Shown piece after piece: positions 15,098 to 25,429 of a stretch of 54,691 nucleotides of DNA. A program made the translations under genes and the position numbers. Origin of the DNA: Girardia tigrina (lineage: Eukaryota); the NCBI GenBank assembly GCA_001938485.1, contig MQRK01215702.1:1-54691 (forward strand), written 5' to 3'. Every line of letters starts with the position of its first letter. Within the stretch, counting starts at the first letter, position 1. The notes beneath the pieces are model-generated. The model was not told where the DNA came from. It worked only from the letters and a program-made list of their open reading frames with translations, and did no database searches.

Positions 15098-18000
15098 CGT
15101 TCTAACTAACTTATCCTTTTGCAATTTATAGTGCCATATCTGTGTTAGGCTAAGAACATTTCTGACATCATACGTAAAGTGAAAGGAACGTCATTTTTTA
15201 AACAATATAATTAGAAGTCATTTAGGAGCAGTTTTGATTCAATCTTCAAACATTTTACCGGGCTAATTTGCTCCAAATAATTTTATATAATATATACAAT
15301 AAATTAAATGAAAGTACAAAATATAGTGATATTTTAAAGTAATTATTCTTTTTTATGTACCGTATTTTTAAACATATAACCCGCGGGTAATGTGTAATTT
15401 TATCTACACAGCATGTCACTCACAGAGTATTAAAGTAGGCGTGGTATCCTATAAATATTTTACACTATAGCAACTAACATTTCACGATTATAGCCAATGG
15501 GTAATATGTTATTTTACCTACTCCAAGTGTACCTGGTTAGAAAATACTACGCGGTAGTCAAGTTTACTTATTTATTGATTGTTCGTCACAGGCTGCAGAT
15601 GTTTATAAGAGAGAAGTCTAAAATACGCTAAAACTTTGAAAAGGAATTTAGACAATTGATTAGAAAAGAATTAAAGATTATAAAATCAGTTTATGTAATC
15701 TTCATTAAAGGAGATTGATTTTGTCTAATTTAATGATGAAAATTAAGTTCCATGTGATAGTTCTTTAAGCATTCACCAAAAGAGAGGACCCCATAATAAT
15801 ATTGACATATAACGTGAGTTCTTTCTTTTCCTATTTTTAACTTTTGGCTTTTTTCTGAATTTTGTATCCCTCAATAAAGTGCTTTGGCGTAAGACTTAAT
15901 GGATCGGCGGCTGTCTTCTTAATAATGTTAATATTTGTGCACAATAGATGATCATTATTTGTATTTATAGGAAAAAAATTTTAATTTAAAACTTATTTAA
16001 ATTTTTCAAATAAAACAAGAAAATTAGATGTAAAAAATAGAATTTCAAAGGGAAGAGATAAGTAAAACGCATTTTTATTTAATCGGAATTTAATTAATAG
16101 ATCACTAACGACCAATATCCTGGACATTTAGGAACATCAAAAAATAGAGGGAGTAATCTTACTCCTGAGTATCTGAGATGAACCATGTTTCTTCAGTTAT
16201 AATTCCCTTGATTAAATTTTAGCTTCTTTAATCTTTGTGAATACAAATATTGTATTTTTATAAGTATTTAAGATTATATTAAGTACGGAAATCTTTAAAA
16301 TATTCACCATTGTGTTCTGCCTTGAGGTAAAATGTATTGACTATGATGAACCCAATTGGCTAAGCTTGGGTCTACTAAATCTTTTAACGGAATAGGTTCA
16401 AATTCTTCATCTTCAATAAATTTGCTTCGTGATCCTTTTTCTTCATCTTCAGCTTCTTCTTCCTCCTCATCAAACTTATAAAATCCAATCGGCGATATAG
16501 TGGTTGTAGCAGTGATTCGAGTAATTAGGGCTCGTAAATAATCTTTCTCTACTCCCGGGAAAGGAGGATAAGATACGATCTTTGCTGTGAGATCTCCAGT
16601 AAGATATTTTCTTATAAGCCGAGATGTACCAATCTTAACGCAATAAATTTCAATATAAATGGCTTTAAAAATGATTCTTACTTGTGCTGGAGTAACTTTT
16701 GATAATCTGGTCCATCCTTCTCCTGGCGTGTTACAAACGAAATAAACTTTTCTATTTACACCGACTCCATTTTCTTCATATGGAATAGCAACCGGCGGTT
16801 TCCAGTCTGGTTTTGGAGGTTCGTCCAAAATTTCTGTAAACATTATTACTTTTAATTGATTAAAAACATTCTTTTATTCAATATTCTTAATCTTAAATCA
16901 TTAGGAAAAAAAATTTCGCTAATGTCAAGAAACAAAGAACAGAAGGTAAGATAAGGAATATTTTGAATATTACGTTTTTTGTGTTGTGTATTTGTTTGTT
17001 ATTCTAGATGGCTGACTCACCTACCTTGATAGCTAATTGAGATCTTTTGACTGACCATTTGAAATTAATTCGATAAAGTAAATGAATTAATGTTCTAAAA
17101 TAGATTAATTATGAGAAATAAGGAATTCAAATGGAAGTACTGAAAACTATATTGACGATTCTGTTAGTATTATTAGTAAATGTATTCCGCAAATGATATT
17201 GTTTATGTGTTCAGTTAAAGAAACATTTATTTTATTTATATTTTAGAAACATTTATCTAAATTCAAGCAAAACACTTTTAACGCCTTATTGAAATGCTTT
17301 AGTCAGGAGATTAACAAAGTACAAACCGCCAGATTATTTTTTGTAGGCCGCGATCTAATTGGCCAAGGATCTAATTTCAATATATGAAGCTTTGGATCCA
17401 AAGATCATCAAATTCGATGAAAGGTTGAAAGCGGCTTTCGAGAAACAATCTTCATTGATTAAGGACTTCATGAATCTATACAATTATGAAAAAGGAAGTG
17501 ATCGCGCTGTACTGTTTTTCAGAAGATTGATTCAATGGTGACTAAACATTTGTTTCACAAGTGGAATAAAGAGTAATTGTCCTCCTATTTCATGGTTCAT
17601 TGTGTGAAAAATGTTGAAACAAAGAAAGAGTTAAAAATGCGCGACGCGACGAAAATTGAAGACATCAAAAGTATTGTCAAGAAAATGGAATATGTTTTAG
17701 AAGACAACGAAGTAACAGTCATCAATTGAAAATAAATTTTCAGAATACACCGGAAAATAAATTCTCGAGAAACACTTCAAATCGGAGAAAATATAATGCC
17801 AATTAAAATATATGAAATCAGAAAGAAGAAATCAAATGCTTTTACTGCAAAAAAGAAGGACATTCCTACAAAAACTGCAACTAAAGCCATTATACATATA
17901 GATTTGAGGAATCACGGCATAGAGTAAAATAATGCTAATCACACTACATACGACAATATGATATAAGAAATAAAAAACAGAAACGCTTGGGAAACAAATA

Positions 18001-21000
18001 TCTAAAGTTTAGATTCTAAACAAATGTTTTTAAAAATATATTTTCACTGAATTAAGCATCATTTTCAGCAGGAAATGTAATGGCACAAGAAATTGTCAAA
18101 AATTAAACCATTTAATGATGATAAGTTTGTTAAAGTGTACTAAACGTTGTAAACATAATTTAACTCGAAATAGAATCTGAATTTAAAGATAAAAGTTTGT
18201 CTAATATGATAATTCCTCGTGAAACATACCATCTCACAATTCAAGAACAGTTTAAAAAAAATCACAAACATTTGTGATTTTTTCATTAGTACTTTATGAA
18301 AGTAATGATATTAAAGATACTGCTTATCTTGTGATATTTATTCGTGGTATTACTCCAGATTTTAATATGATTGATGAGCTATTGTTTTTCTTTATGGTAC
18401 TGTAGCCGTTGGGCCGTGGGTGCACTCAAATATACACAAACATTATGGCTTGGGTTTGTATATATTTGAGTGTCTCAGTAGGCAAGGAACCTGGTGGCAC
18501 CTATCTCCTCTCCAGGTATGGATGGCCGTTGGCTCCAAGGAGCTCATCCTTCCTTTGCTAGGTTTTGTTTTTCATCCTGCTAGGTGTCCACACACCTCTT
18601 CACCCAGGTTGCTCTGGGTGAGGAAGCCGGTTTAGTCGCCAACTATTCGACCATGGACAGGTATTACAGGTTTACATGGTACCTGTACCAGATAAATTGT
18701 CTGACCGGACCTGTCAATGGCCCCGCGATTTCCCTATCGGTCACCCAAATAAGTACTAACTCGGCTGTTGGTTGCCTAACTTCAGAGATCGAACGAAATC
18801 CGACGTACCCAACTGCGGCTATTGATTACCATTTGTCTTAAGAAATAAGTATTTTCATTATCACTTCATTATAAACCATCAATCTCTTGAAGCGGCTGTT
18901 TTACAAATGAATCCTATCATGAATGGGGTTACTAAGACTGAGAATTTTATTAAGAGTAGTGAATTAAAGCAGCAGATTCCGCATTCTGGCACTTGGTTTA
19001 TGTGACATGTATTAGTTTTTTGAGATATTATATTATTTTCTAATAGTTGCACTACCCAATTTTGTTTGTCTTTGATTATTGCATAAACCGTTTATTAAGA
19101 ACATTTAGACAAGTCTCGTCTGAATATTTATTACAATCACATTTAGAGTCATTCTTATTTCTCTTTTAATCATGATTATTCGAACAGTTTTTCTAAGTAA
19201 TTTTTTTAATAAATTAATTAATATTAATTAAAAATAATAAATTTTACCATTTCTCAATAAATCCCAAATTATAAAAATATCATCATTAAAAATACATTAA
19301 ATTTAAATTATACCAAAAATATTAAACTTAATTTTAATTGTTAAATTAAAAATATGAACTTATCAAATGATTATTTTAATTATGTTCGAATAGTCAATCA
19401 CTTTAAATTTAAATAAAAAATACCAATTTCCATCTGGGTGGGAGAATCACCATTCTAAATTCAACATACTTAAATCAACATACAGCATTCATACATTTAC
19501 ACATTCAAACAATATAAAATATTCCTCACAATGACAATTAATTTCGACGGTATAACCGTCATCGTCAGGTCTCAAGAAAAAAATGAGTTTTAAATCTTCT
19601 TATAAAGCTATGAGATAATGACTCCTTATGACAGAAGGAATACGAACACTACCACATCGACATTATTTGTTGTGAATAAACAACTTGTATACTATGCACA
19701 TATTTGTTACATCTGTACATATTATGTAAATAAATGTTTGTTGAAAATACTCCTCTTATACATGCCTTCATTCAAAACCTTGTAAACAACAACTTTTATT
19801 ATATATATACACCAAAGCCCCGCTATGCGTTTATTCGTTATGCGTCTATTCGCTTTTGCGTCGATTGATTTTTTATTTTTTGCCATATATAATTTCAGGG
19901 AACTTTTCACAGCCACGGAAGGAATTGTTTATATTACAATGAAAACGTTCTGGACAAACTTCACTATATTAGATGGGATTAAATATATTGCAGGATCCTG
20001 GAATGAAGTATCCAACAAAAGCATAAACGGTTGTTAGCGTAAATTATGGCCGGAATGTGAACATAGCCCATTGGAAAATGACACGAATAATGATAGGATA
20101 ACTGCAATTAAAGAGATAGTTGACTTAGCATCCGCATTGCAAGTTGAAGGAATGGAGGTCGAAGACATAGAAGAACTATTGGATTCGCACAATGAAGAGA
20201 TAACAACTTCTCAATTAATGGAAATTGAATTTCAGACAGCACACAGTAGTGATTCTGAGGAAAGAATCGAAGATATTGCCGTAGAACAAACGTTAACGAC
20301 GAAACGTTTAGCTCAAGCTTTTCAATTAATTGATCAAGCTCTGCAGATATTTAATCAAGATGACCCTAATCACGAAAGAAGTTCGAGGGTAAACAGATCA
20401 GTTCTGGGTAGCATAAATTGCTATAAAGAAATTTATGCGGAAAAAAAGACAATGCACTACAAACCACTTTGGAAAAAATTTTTAAAAAGTAAATTTTGAT
20501 TTGGAAAAAAGTTTTGATAATTATATTTATAATACATACTTACTTTTTACTGATTTTATATTATTAATTAGTTTTAATGGATTAAGATCACAATTTTCGT
20601 ACTATTTCTTGATAAAGATTTGTCTTATTTTGATTTTTATTTAGATAGATATATTGTAATAGTCTTTCTGATCAAGATTACCACATATTCGTTATGCATC
20701 GGAACTCATTTAGCGTCTCAACTTTCGGAACCGAATAGAGACGCAAAGCAGGGCATTGGTATATATATATATATATATATATTTCGAAAATATAATTTGA
20801 ATAAAGCTTTGTTTATATAATTATTGGACATGTTTCGATGTTTATATACATCATCATCAGCAATTTGAAAACAATCAGAAATCAATCCCTCATAGAACCA
20901 TTCCTAACATTCATGAATGATCTTCATCCTAATATTAAATTTACCACAGAATTGGAAGTAGATAATAAACTTCCCTTCCTGGACATTCTTGTCACTAGGA

Positions 21001-23674
21001 TGAATGGAGGCTATAAAACTGAATTATTCAGAAAGACAACAGATACAGGTCTTTACACAACACCACAGAGTTTTTGCGAGGAAAAATATTGAAAGGATAT
21101 GATAAAAGGGCTTGTTCACAGAGTTTGGAATTTGTCGTCCAGTTTTGAAATTGCAAATCAGGGTTTAAATATTCTTAGAAGGCGCTTGAAGGACAATATG
21201 TATACAAACAAGCAAATGGAACACAACATTAGGGTAACATTAGACAAATTATGTACAGATGCACGAGTTTAAAAACAACTAAAAGAAGAAAATACTGAAG
21301 AATACAAACAAATCATTAAAATTTCATATTCTGAAGGATTTAGAGCGTTTAAGAAGAGTATTTGTAGAACAATAAGTAGTGCTAAAGTAGTCTCTGTCNN
21401 NNNNNNNNNNNNNNNNNNNNNNNNNNNNNNNNNNNNNNNNNNNNNNNNTGTCACATCCAAAGTTCAAAGTTTCCTCTCAAACCAATCGAAAACAGTTTGT
21501 GATTTGCAAGCTAATCTGGTATATAAATTTAATTGTCACGGGTGTCAAAACTCGTACATCGGAGAGATAAATCGTCATCTCAAAACCCGGATTAACGAGC
21601 ACTCGCAAATGAGTCGATCGAGTAAGGTTCTTGATCATTGGTTATGTTGTAAGGATAGAACCTCATCCATTTCAAAAGATGAGTTTTNNNNNNNNNNNNN
21701 NNNNNNNNNNNNNNNNNNNNNNNNNNNNNNNNNNNNNNNNNNNNNNNNNNNNNNNNACTACAACCCATCAATTAACATTCAGAATGGGCAAAGTAAGGTT
21801 ATTTCAATACTTAAAATTTTTAATTAAAATATTTTTGCCATTATTACACAATAATACTTTAATAAATAATAATATTTAATCCCTAATATACCTTTTAAAG
21901 TAAATGTATCTATTAAAATTGTGTTATTCAAACAATTCAATATTAATATATTAAACATCCGAAAATTGCTGATGATGATGTATGTAAACATCGAAACATG
22001 TCCAATAGATGTATAAAAAAGCTTTAATCAAATTATATTTTCGAAATACTAAACTTGCGTTCACAAGACTCAATATTATATATATATATATATATATATA
22101 ATAAAATGTTAGCTGTGCAATTCGTTGACATGATGAATACATGACAATATCACCTTGGGAAAATCATCATTCTAAATTCTTTTCTTCTTTAACCGGATAG
22201 AAGAGTCTTTTGGACTCTTTTCATTAACCGTACGTAAATCAAAATAAAAATACTAATTCAAATTCAATTTTTTAGCACTTTTTTTTAACTAATCATGAAT
22301 TTTATTAAAAGAATGTTCGGATTTTCAAGGATTTCTTATGTATACATTCAATTTTCAGCTTAAGAGTCCTTCGGATTCTTCTGTCCGTTTATGTTACAAA
22401 AACATTCTGTCCGGTTAAATGTTAAATCAACATACAGCATCACTACATTTACACATTCAAACAATTTAAAATATTCCTCACCCAGACAAATGCTAAATCT
22501 AGGAGGAAAACTAATCAAACACACTGATCGGCAGTACAGAAAGAAATGCTCAAAATGGTTCTGATGAAAATAATTAATACTGTTGTTGAGCGTGTCATTG
22601 TTGACACCAATCACGCCAGTATCAATTCCGTCCCCGAGAATATGTGATCCATGCGGTCATTAATCACTGTTGTGTTTGTATGGTCACAAATTGATCTATT
22701 CCTTCTGTCTATTTCTACTTGAACGCCTCTGATTTCTTTTAGTAAAATGATCAAAAATCAATCTTCAAATTGTAAATTTGTCCAATGTCAATTTTCTTCG
22801 ATATTTAAGAATTATTATCTCTTTCAAAAGAAAACGTATCATAAATAATTCCAGATAAACAATCAGTGTCTTTCAATCGTAAATATTTTACCATTATCCT
22901 CTTCGTTTTCATTCAGTTGATTGATTTCCTCTTTCGACTGATTGTTTAAATTGTCCATTTTCTTTTGCAAATCTAATTCATCAGAAAAATTGTCTTTTCC
23001 CTCAATCATTTCCGCCTCGACAATATAGTAGTTTTTATTTCGTCCAAAAATCTTTCCCCAAAATCTCATGTCGGCAATCGGTTGTTCATCCAGCAATTGT
23101 CTCATCGCCAACCAAACCCGAATAATTTCCTCTCGATTGAAGCCGATTTGAGCTTGCTCGAAATAGAATAACGTTTGCAATAAATTCGGCAATTTCGGTT
23201 TCTCTTCGATTTCATCGTCGCTATGATTCGATTTGAAATTGGTATTAATCTGCAATAATGATTCTATTTCATTTCATTCAAATAATAAATGATACTCTAA
23301 ATAATGTCTTCTGAATTTCCGCCAAATTTAATTCCATTGATGCTTCATTTGACAGTTTGATCGTGTTAGATTTGTGTTTGTAGTTCTCTCGTTTGATTTG
23401 CCGACAAAGATCTTCAATATTTACCGGCTTATTTCCGGATTTTTGTTCGTACAATTTGCGAATTAATAAAACCAAAAAATCATATCTGAATTAATTATTG
23501 CATTATAAAACAATAATTAAAATTAATAATTTACAAAGCAATTTCGGTTTTTTCTGACGGTTGTAAGAGATAGGATTTTGCGTTAATAAAATCCTTTTCT
23601 CGTGGTATTAAGACATTTTGACTTTCTCCTGTCAAAGGTCTCGATGAAGCATTTGATTTACTGTAATTAGACAT
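2311..23674 (-). CDS. RSPH4A: Radial spoke head protein 4/6 homolog, 7 exons, 549 aa
   Basis: Exons 23674-23535, 23485-23296, 23249-22892, 16833-16682, 16633-16308, 2847-2602, 2548-2311. All introns are GT-AG with compatible phases; total 1650 nt, ATG to TAG. Family motifs: [98 protein letters not shown], acidic tail. RSPH4A versus RSPH6A cannot be distinguished. Confidence 0.95.
3076..3491 (+). mobile_element. Solo LTR, TGTGAGG family
   Basis: Begins TGTGAGGAAT, carries the TCTCC..CAGATGGA motif, ends GTTAATA; exact 5-bp TSD ATGTC (3071-3075 / 3492-3496). Confidence 0.85.
3706..5630 (-). mobile_element. Solo LTR, TGTGAGG family, split by a Tc1 insertion
   Basis: 5' end TGTGAGAGACAATT at 5630; 3' end ...AATAAATATGTTCATGCAAATTGTGATGTGGCTAATA at 3706, similar to the 8948 copy; TSD ATTCA/ATTCC (1 mismatch). 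Confidence 0.75.
3806..5305 (+). mobile_element. Tc1-family DNA transposon, full length, degenerate transposase (about 4106-5083)
   Basis: TIRs TACTGAGCGACAAATTTTTTAAAACAC / GTGTGTTAAAAAATTTGTCACTCAGAA flanked by TA. Translation gives [44 protein letters not shown], with stops. Confidence 0.9.
5880..6295 (+). pseudogene. Possible Gypsy pol relic (RNaseH-integrase linker / zinc-binding region)
   Basis: Degenerate translation ...[16 protein letters not shown]...[20 protein letters not shown] resembles the integrase H2C2 GHxxxxxTxxxIxxKYF pattern. Confidence 0.35.
6459..6989 (-). mobile_element. Solo LTR, TGTGAGG family
   Basis: TGTGAGGAATATTTT...TCTCCCACCCAGATGGA...GTTCTTAATA; TSD ATTAT; inserted in an (ATT)n tract; close paralog of 41200-41722. 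Confidence 0.85.
6990..7049. repeat. (ATT)n microsatellite
   Basis: About 20 perfect ATT units. Confidence 0.95.
7660..8258 (+). mobile_element. Short Penelope-like element with inverted pseudo-LTRs (middle in gap)
   Basis: Both ends are near-identical to the ends of the PLE at 20782-22075 and inverted relative to each other; flanked by (TA)n on both sides. Confidence 0.75.
7701..7742 (-). ncRNA. Minimal type I hammerhead ribozyme (PLE)
   Basis: AUUG-CUGAUGA-U-GAUUUU/uuu/AAAAUC-GAAA-CAUG-UC-CAAU. Confidence 0.85.
8303..8382. mobile_element. About 80-bp MITE
   Basis: 22-bp inverted repeats TGTATTACGTCGATTTAACGCC / GGCGTTAAATCGAAGTAATACA (1 mismatch) in a TA context. Confidence 0.65.
8948..9387 (+). 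mobile_element. Solo LTR, TGTGAGG family
   Basis: TGTGAGGGAT...TCTCCTACTCAGATGG...GTTGTTAATA; exact TSD ATATC. Confidence 0.85.
11964..13007. mobile_element. Non-autonomous piggyBac-like element
   Basis: TTAA on both sides; TIRs CACATTACGGTCCGC / GCGGACTCTAATGTG; subterminal GAGTCCG/CGGACTC repeats; no transposase ORF recognised. Confidence 0.7.
13999..15174 (-). mobile_element. mariner element, degenerate and internally deleted
   Basis: Imperfect about 29-bp TIRs with flanking TA; HQNNAPSH and [14 protein letters not shown] motifs; TVDEIWIH and GRQKT in degenerate upstream frames. Confidence 0.9.
16951..17930 (+). mobile_element. Old relic of a divergent Gypsy (degenerate LTR plus gag)
   Basis: ATAAGGAATATTTTG resembles the family LTR start. 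Peptides [14 protein letters not shown] and [21 protein letters not shown] align by eye with gag EEKMRAAFSKEKSI and EIAIRDVTKVEKIENIQMRMYE of the 30054 element. Confidence 0.6.
18400..18826 (-). mobile_element. 5S rRNA-derived SINE (SINE3-like)
   Basis: GC-rich island; 5S-like head followed by about 310 nt of hairpin-rich body; no TSD seen. Confidence 0.7.
18713..18826 (-). pseudogene. 5S rRNA-derived head
   Basis: Reverse complement contains CGGATTTCGTTCGATCTCTGAAGTTAGGCA and GTTAGTACTTATTTGGGTGACCGATAGGGAA (5S A/IE/C boxes); helix I ATCAATAGCC/GGCCATTGAC; no oligo-T terminator follows. Confidence 0.8.
19093..19530 (-). mobile_element. Solo LTR, TGTGAGG family (no matching TSD)
   Basis: TGTGAGGAATAT...TCTCCCACCCAGATGGA...AATAAATAT...GTTCTTAATA; flanks differ. 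Confidence 0.75.
19533..19571 (-). ncRNA. Minimal type I hammerhead ribozyme
   Basis: GAC-CUGACGA-U-GACGG/uuaua/CCGUC-GAAA-UUAA-UU-GUC. Confidence 0.8.
19810..20761 (+). mobile_element. Tigger/pogo internal-deletion derivative
   Basis: 21-bp imperfect TIRs CACCAAAGCCCCGCTATGCGT / ACGCAAAGCAGGGCATTGGTA in a TA context; Tigger C-terminal peptides [34 protein letters not shown]. Confidence 0.85.
20823..20864 (-). ncRNA. Minimal type I hammerhead ribozyme (PLE inverted pLTR)
   Basis: AUUG-CUGAUGA-U-GAUGU/auauaa/ACAUC-GAAA-CAUG-UC-CAAU. Confidence 0.88.
21965..22006 (+). ncRNA. Minimal type I hammerhead ribozyme (PLE 3' pLTR)
   Basis: AUUG-CUGAUGA-U-GAUGU/auguaa/ACAUC-GAAA-CAUG-UC-CAAU. Confidence 0.88.
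22422..22481 (-). mobile_element. Fragment of TGTGAGG-family LTR 5' end
   Basis: About 60 nt nearly identical to 19470-19529. Confidence 0.6.
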
Positions 23675-23707
23675 CTGCTATTTTAAAATTCAAATATTTC
23701 AAATACT

Positions 23708-23721
23708 GTTACTATGGCAAA
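23708..23721. promoter_or_regulatory. RFX X-box-like motif upstream of RSPH ATG
   Basis: GTTACTATGGCAAA, close to the GTTRCYATGGYAAC consensus, 34 nt upstream of the RSPH start codon. Confidence 0.6.
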
Positions 23722-24145
23722 TGTACTTTTTACTTCATTAAAACATTTTAAAATTTTTTTAGTTACAAGAAAATAAATTATTACTTTGTGTTGTTTGGAG
23801 AATCAAATCATTTATTACAAGAACGTTACGATTTAAATTTAAATTTTTTAAAATTAATTTTTTTTATGTTTTTTTTAAATAAGTCTTAAGAAAAACAAAG
23901 TCTGAAAAGATATAATTTCAACAAAGAAAATAATTAAATCTTCACATTTATCTTCTACAATTTATTTATTTCTTCTCTCTTAAAGTGAATTATAATTATT
24001 TTTATTTTGTGAATTTTAATGTTTTGTTCCTAAAACTTTTCGTATTTTTTATTATAAATAATTAAAATATTCTGCAATTAACCAGAATTTCCAAATAAAT
24101 TTTTAATTCTATTAAAAAATTATTTTTCCTTGTTTAAACAGACTG

Positions 24146-24160
24146 GTTGTCATTGGTGAT
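24146..24160. promoter_or_regulatory. RFX X-box-like motif upstream of SAMD15 ATG
   Basis: GTTGTC-ATT-GGTGAT, a degenerate X-box with 3-nt spacer, 20 nt upstream of the ATG. Confidence 0.45.
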
Positions 24161-24179
24161 TAACATTTTACGAATTTGA

Positions 24180-24758
24180 ATGTCAAATAAAAAAGAAATA
24201 GTTAAAATTAAAGATTTAAATTCCAGAGAAGTGCCAAGTTGTCTCTATTGGACATGTGACGATGTGGCAGAATTTATTGATAAAATTGGATTTTCTTGCT
24301 ATCGAGTGTAAAAAACAATTTTGTCAAAATGTTTTTAATCGTTTCTTAGGACTGTTTTCTAAAGAATTTTATCGATGGAAAGAAATTATTTTTGGTAAAC
24401 AATTCAAACCTTCCGAAAATGGGAATTACGAAATATGAACACATCCAAGTATTGATAATATTTGATTGTAAACAATTATATTTTTGTTAGTCAATTTCAG
24501 ATTTGATTCGACAAGAACTGAATTTGGAGAAAGCCGATTATTTCAAGAAAATATATTTGCCACCGCATAATGAACAAGGTGAATGAATTTCATAATCGTT
24601 ATAATAACTTGACAAATGACAAAGGCATGTATCTGGAATATAAGACGCGCACTGGCAAAAAGATCGACGAAATCTGCTTCGAGGAGTTCAAGGAGAAATA
24701 TTCATCAGCGATCTGGCAGCCACCCCTCGCTAATGAAGCTCTTCTGATGCCTCGTTAG
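24180..24758 (+). CDS. SAMD15: Sterile alpha motif domain-containing protein 15 homolog, 4 exons, 148 aa
   Basis: Exons 24180-24305, 24350-24448, 24491-24578, 24625-24758 (GT-AG, 447 nt). Spliced protein ...WTCDDVAEFIDKIGFSCYRDCFLKNFIDGKKLFLVNNSNLPKMGITKYEHIQSISDLIRQEL...GMYLEYKTRTG matches a SAM domain plus the SAMD15-type C-terminal motif. Confidence 0.85.
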
Positions 24759-25429
24759 CCCGACTAATGTTTTTACCGATAATGACTGTTTTTTGAATAA
24801 AAAAATTGTTTTTCTTAAATCAAAATGAATTATACTTCTGAGTTATTTCAAAATACAAGACCTAGAAGTTTGGAGACTATACCAAAATAAAGAATAATGA
24901 ATGATACTTTGATTTATAAACATTTACATTTTCCACCATTTAACTCGACGTACTTTCAAACTCTGTTATTCATCGATGAACAGAATGTGAGAGAAGAGTT
25001 CATTATTCTTTCTTTCAAAGTTTTTGTTGAACGTGGTTTTAATTTGAACACAACGTTCTAGGGTGAGAAATTGAACAATGTTTCATTGAATTCGAACTTT
25101 AGTTCAATTTAGACAATGGTTTGAGTAGTGAGCAGTATTTGCATTTCAATGTACTAGAAAATACTAGTTTGAACTTATGATAAAATTATTTTCTTGTCGA
25201 AAAGATTTTTAAAGCTTCAATAACTTATAATTCAAAATTCCCATTATGATTATTGTGAAATCTAATCAATTTAATAATTAAATAATGACATTTCGAAAAG
25301 TAGATTTATAGATTATGTTAAAATAATATTTTTATAAAATAGCATAAAAACGAAATTCATATAAAAATTATTTTTTAATGTTTAACATGAAACCAATAAA
25401 TAGATTTATTAATAAAGTAAATTGTTAGT

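Larger units (their letters stand above)
20782..22075 (+). mobile_element. 5'-truncated Penelope-like retroelement with inverted 5' pLTR
   Basis: RT end ([27 protein letters not shown]), GIY-YIG ([30 protein letters not shown]); about 85-bp inverted terminal repeat; (TA)n on both flanks. Confidence 0.92.

Noticed and set aside
18713-18826. Functional 5S rRNA gene
   Set aside because: Diverged 5' domain, helix I mismatches, no oligo-T terminator, fused to a long body
18420-18841. Plus-strand ORFs of 71 and 85 aa
   Set aside because: Antisense to the GC-rich SINE; no domain
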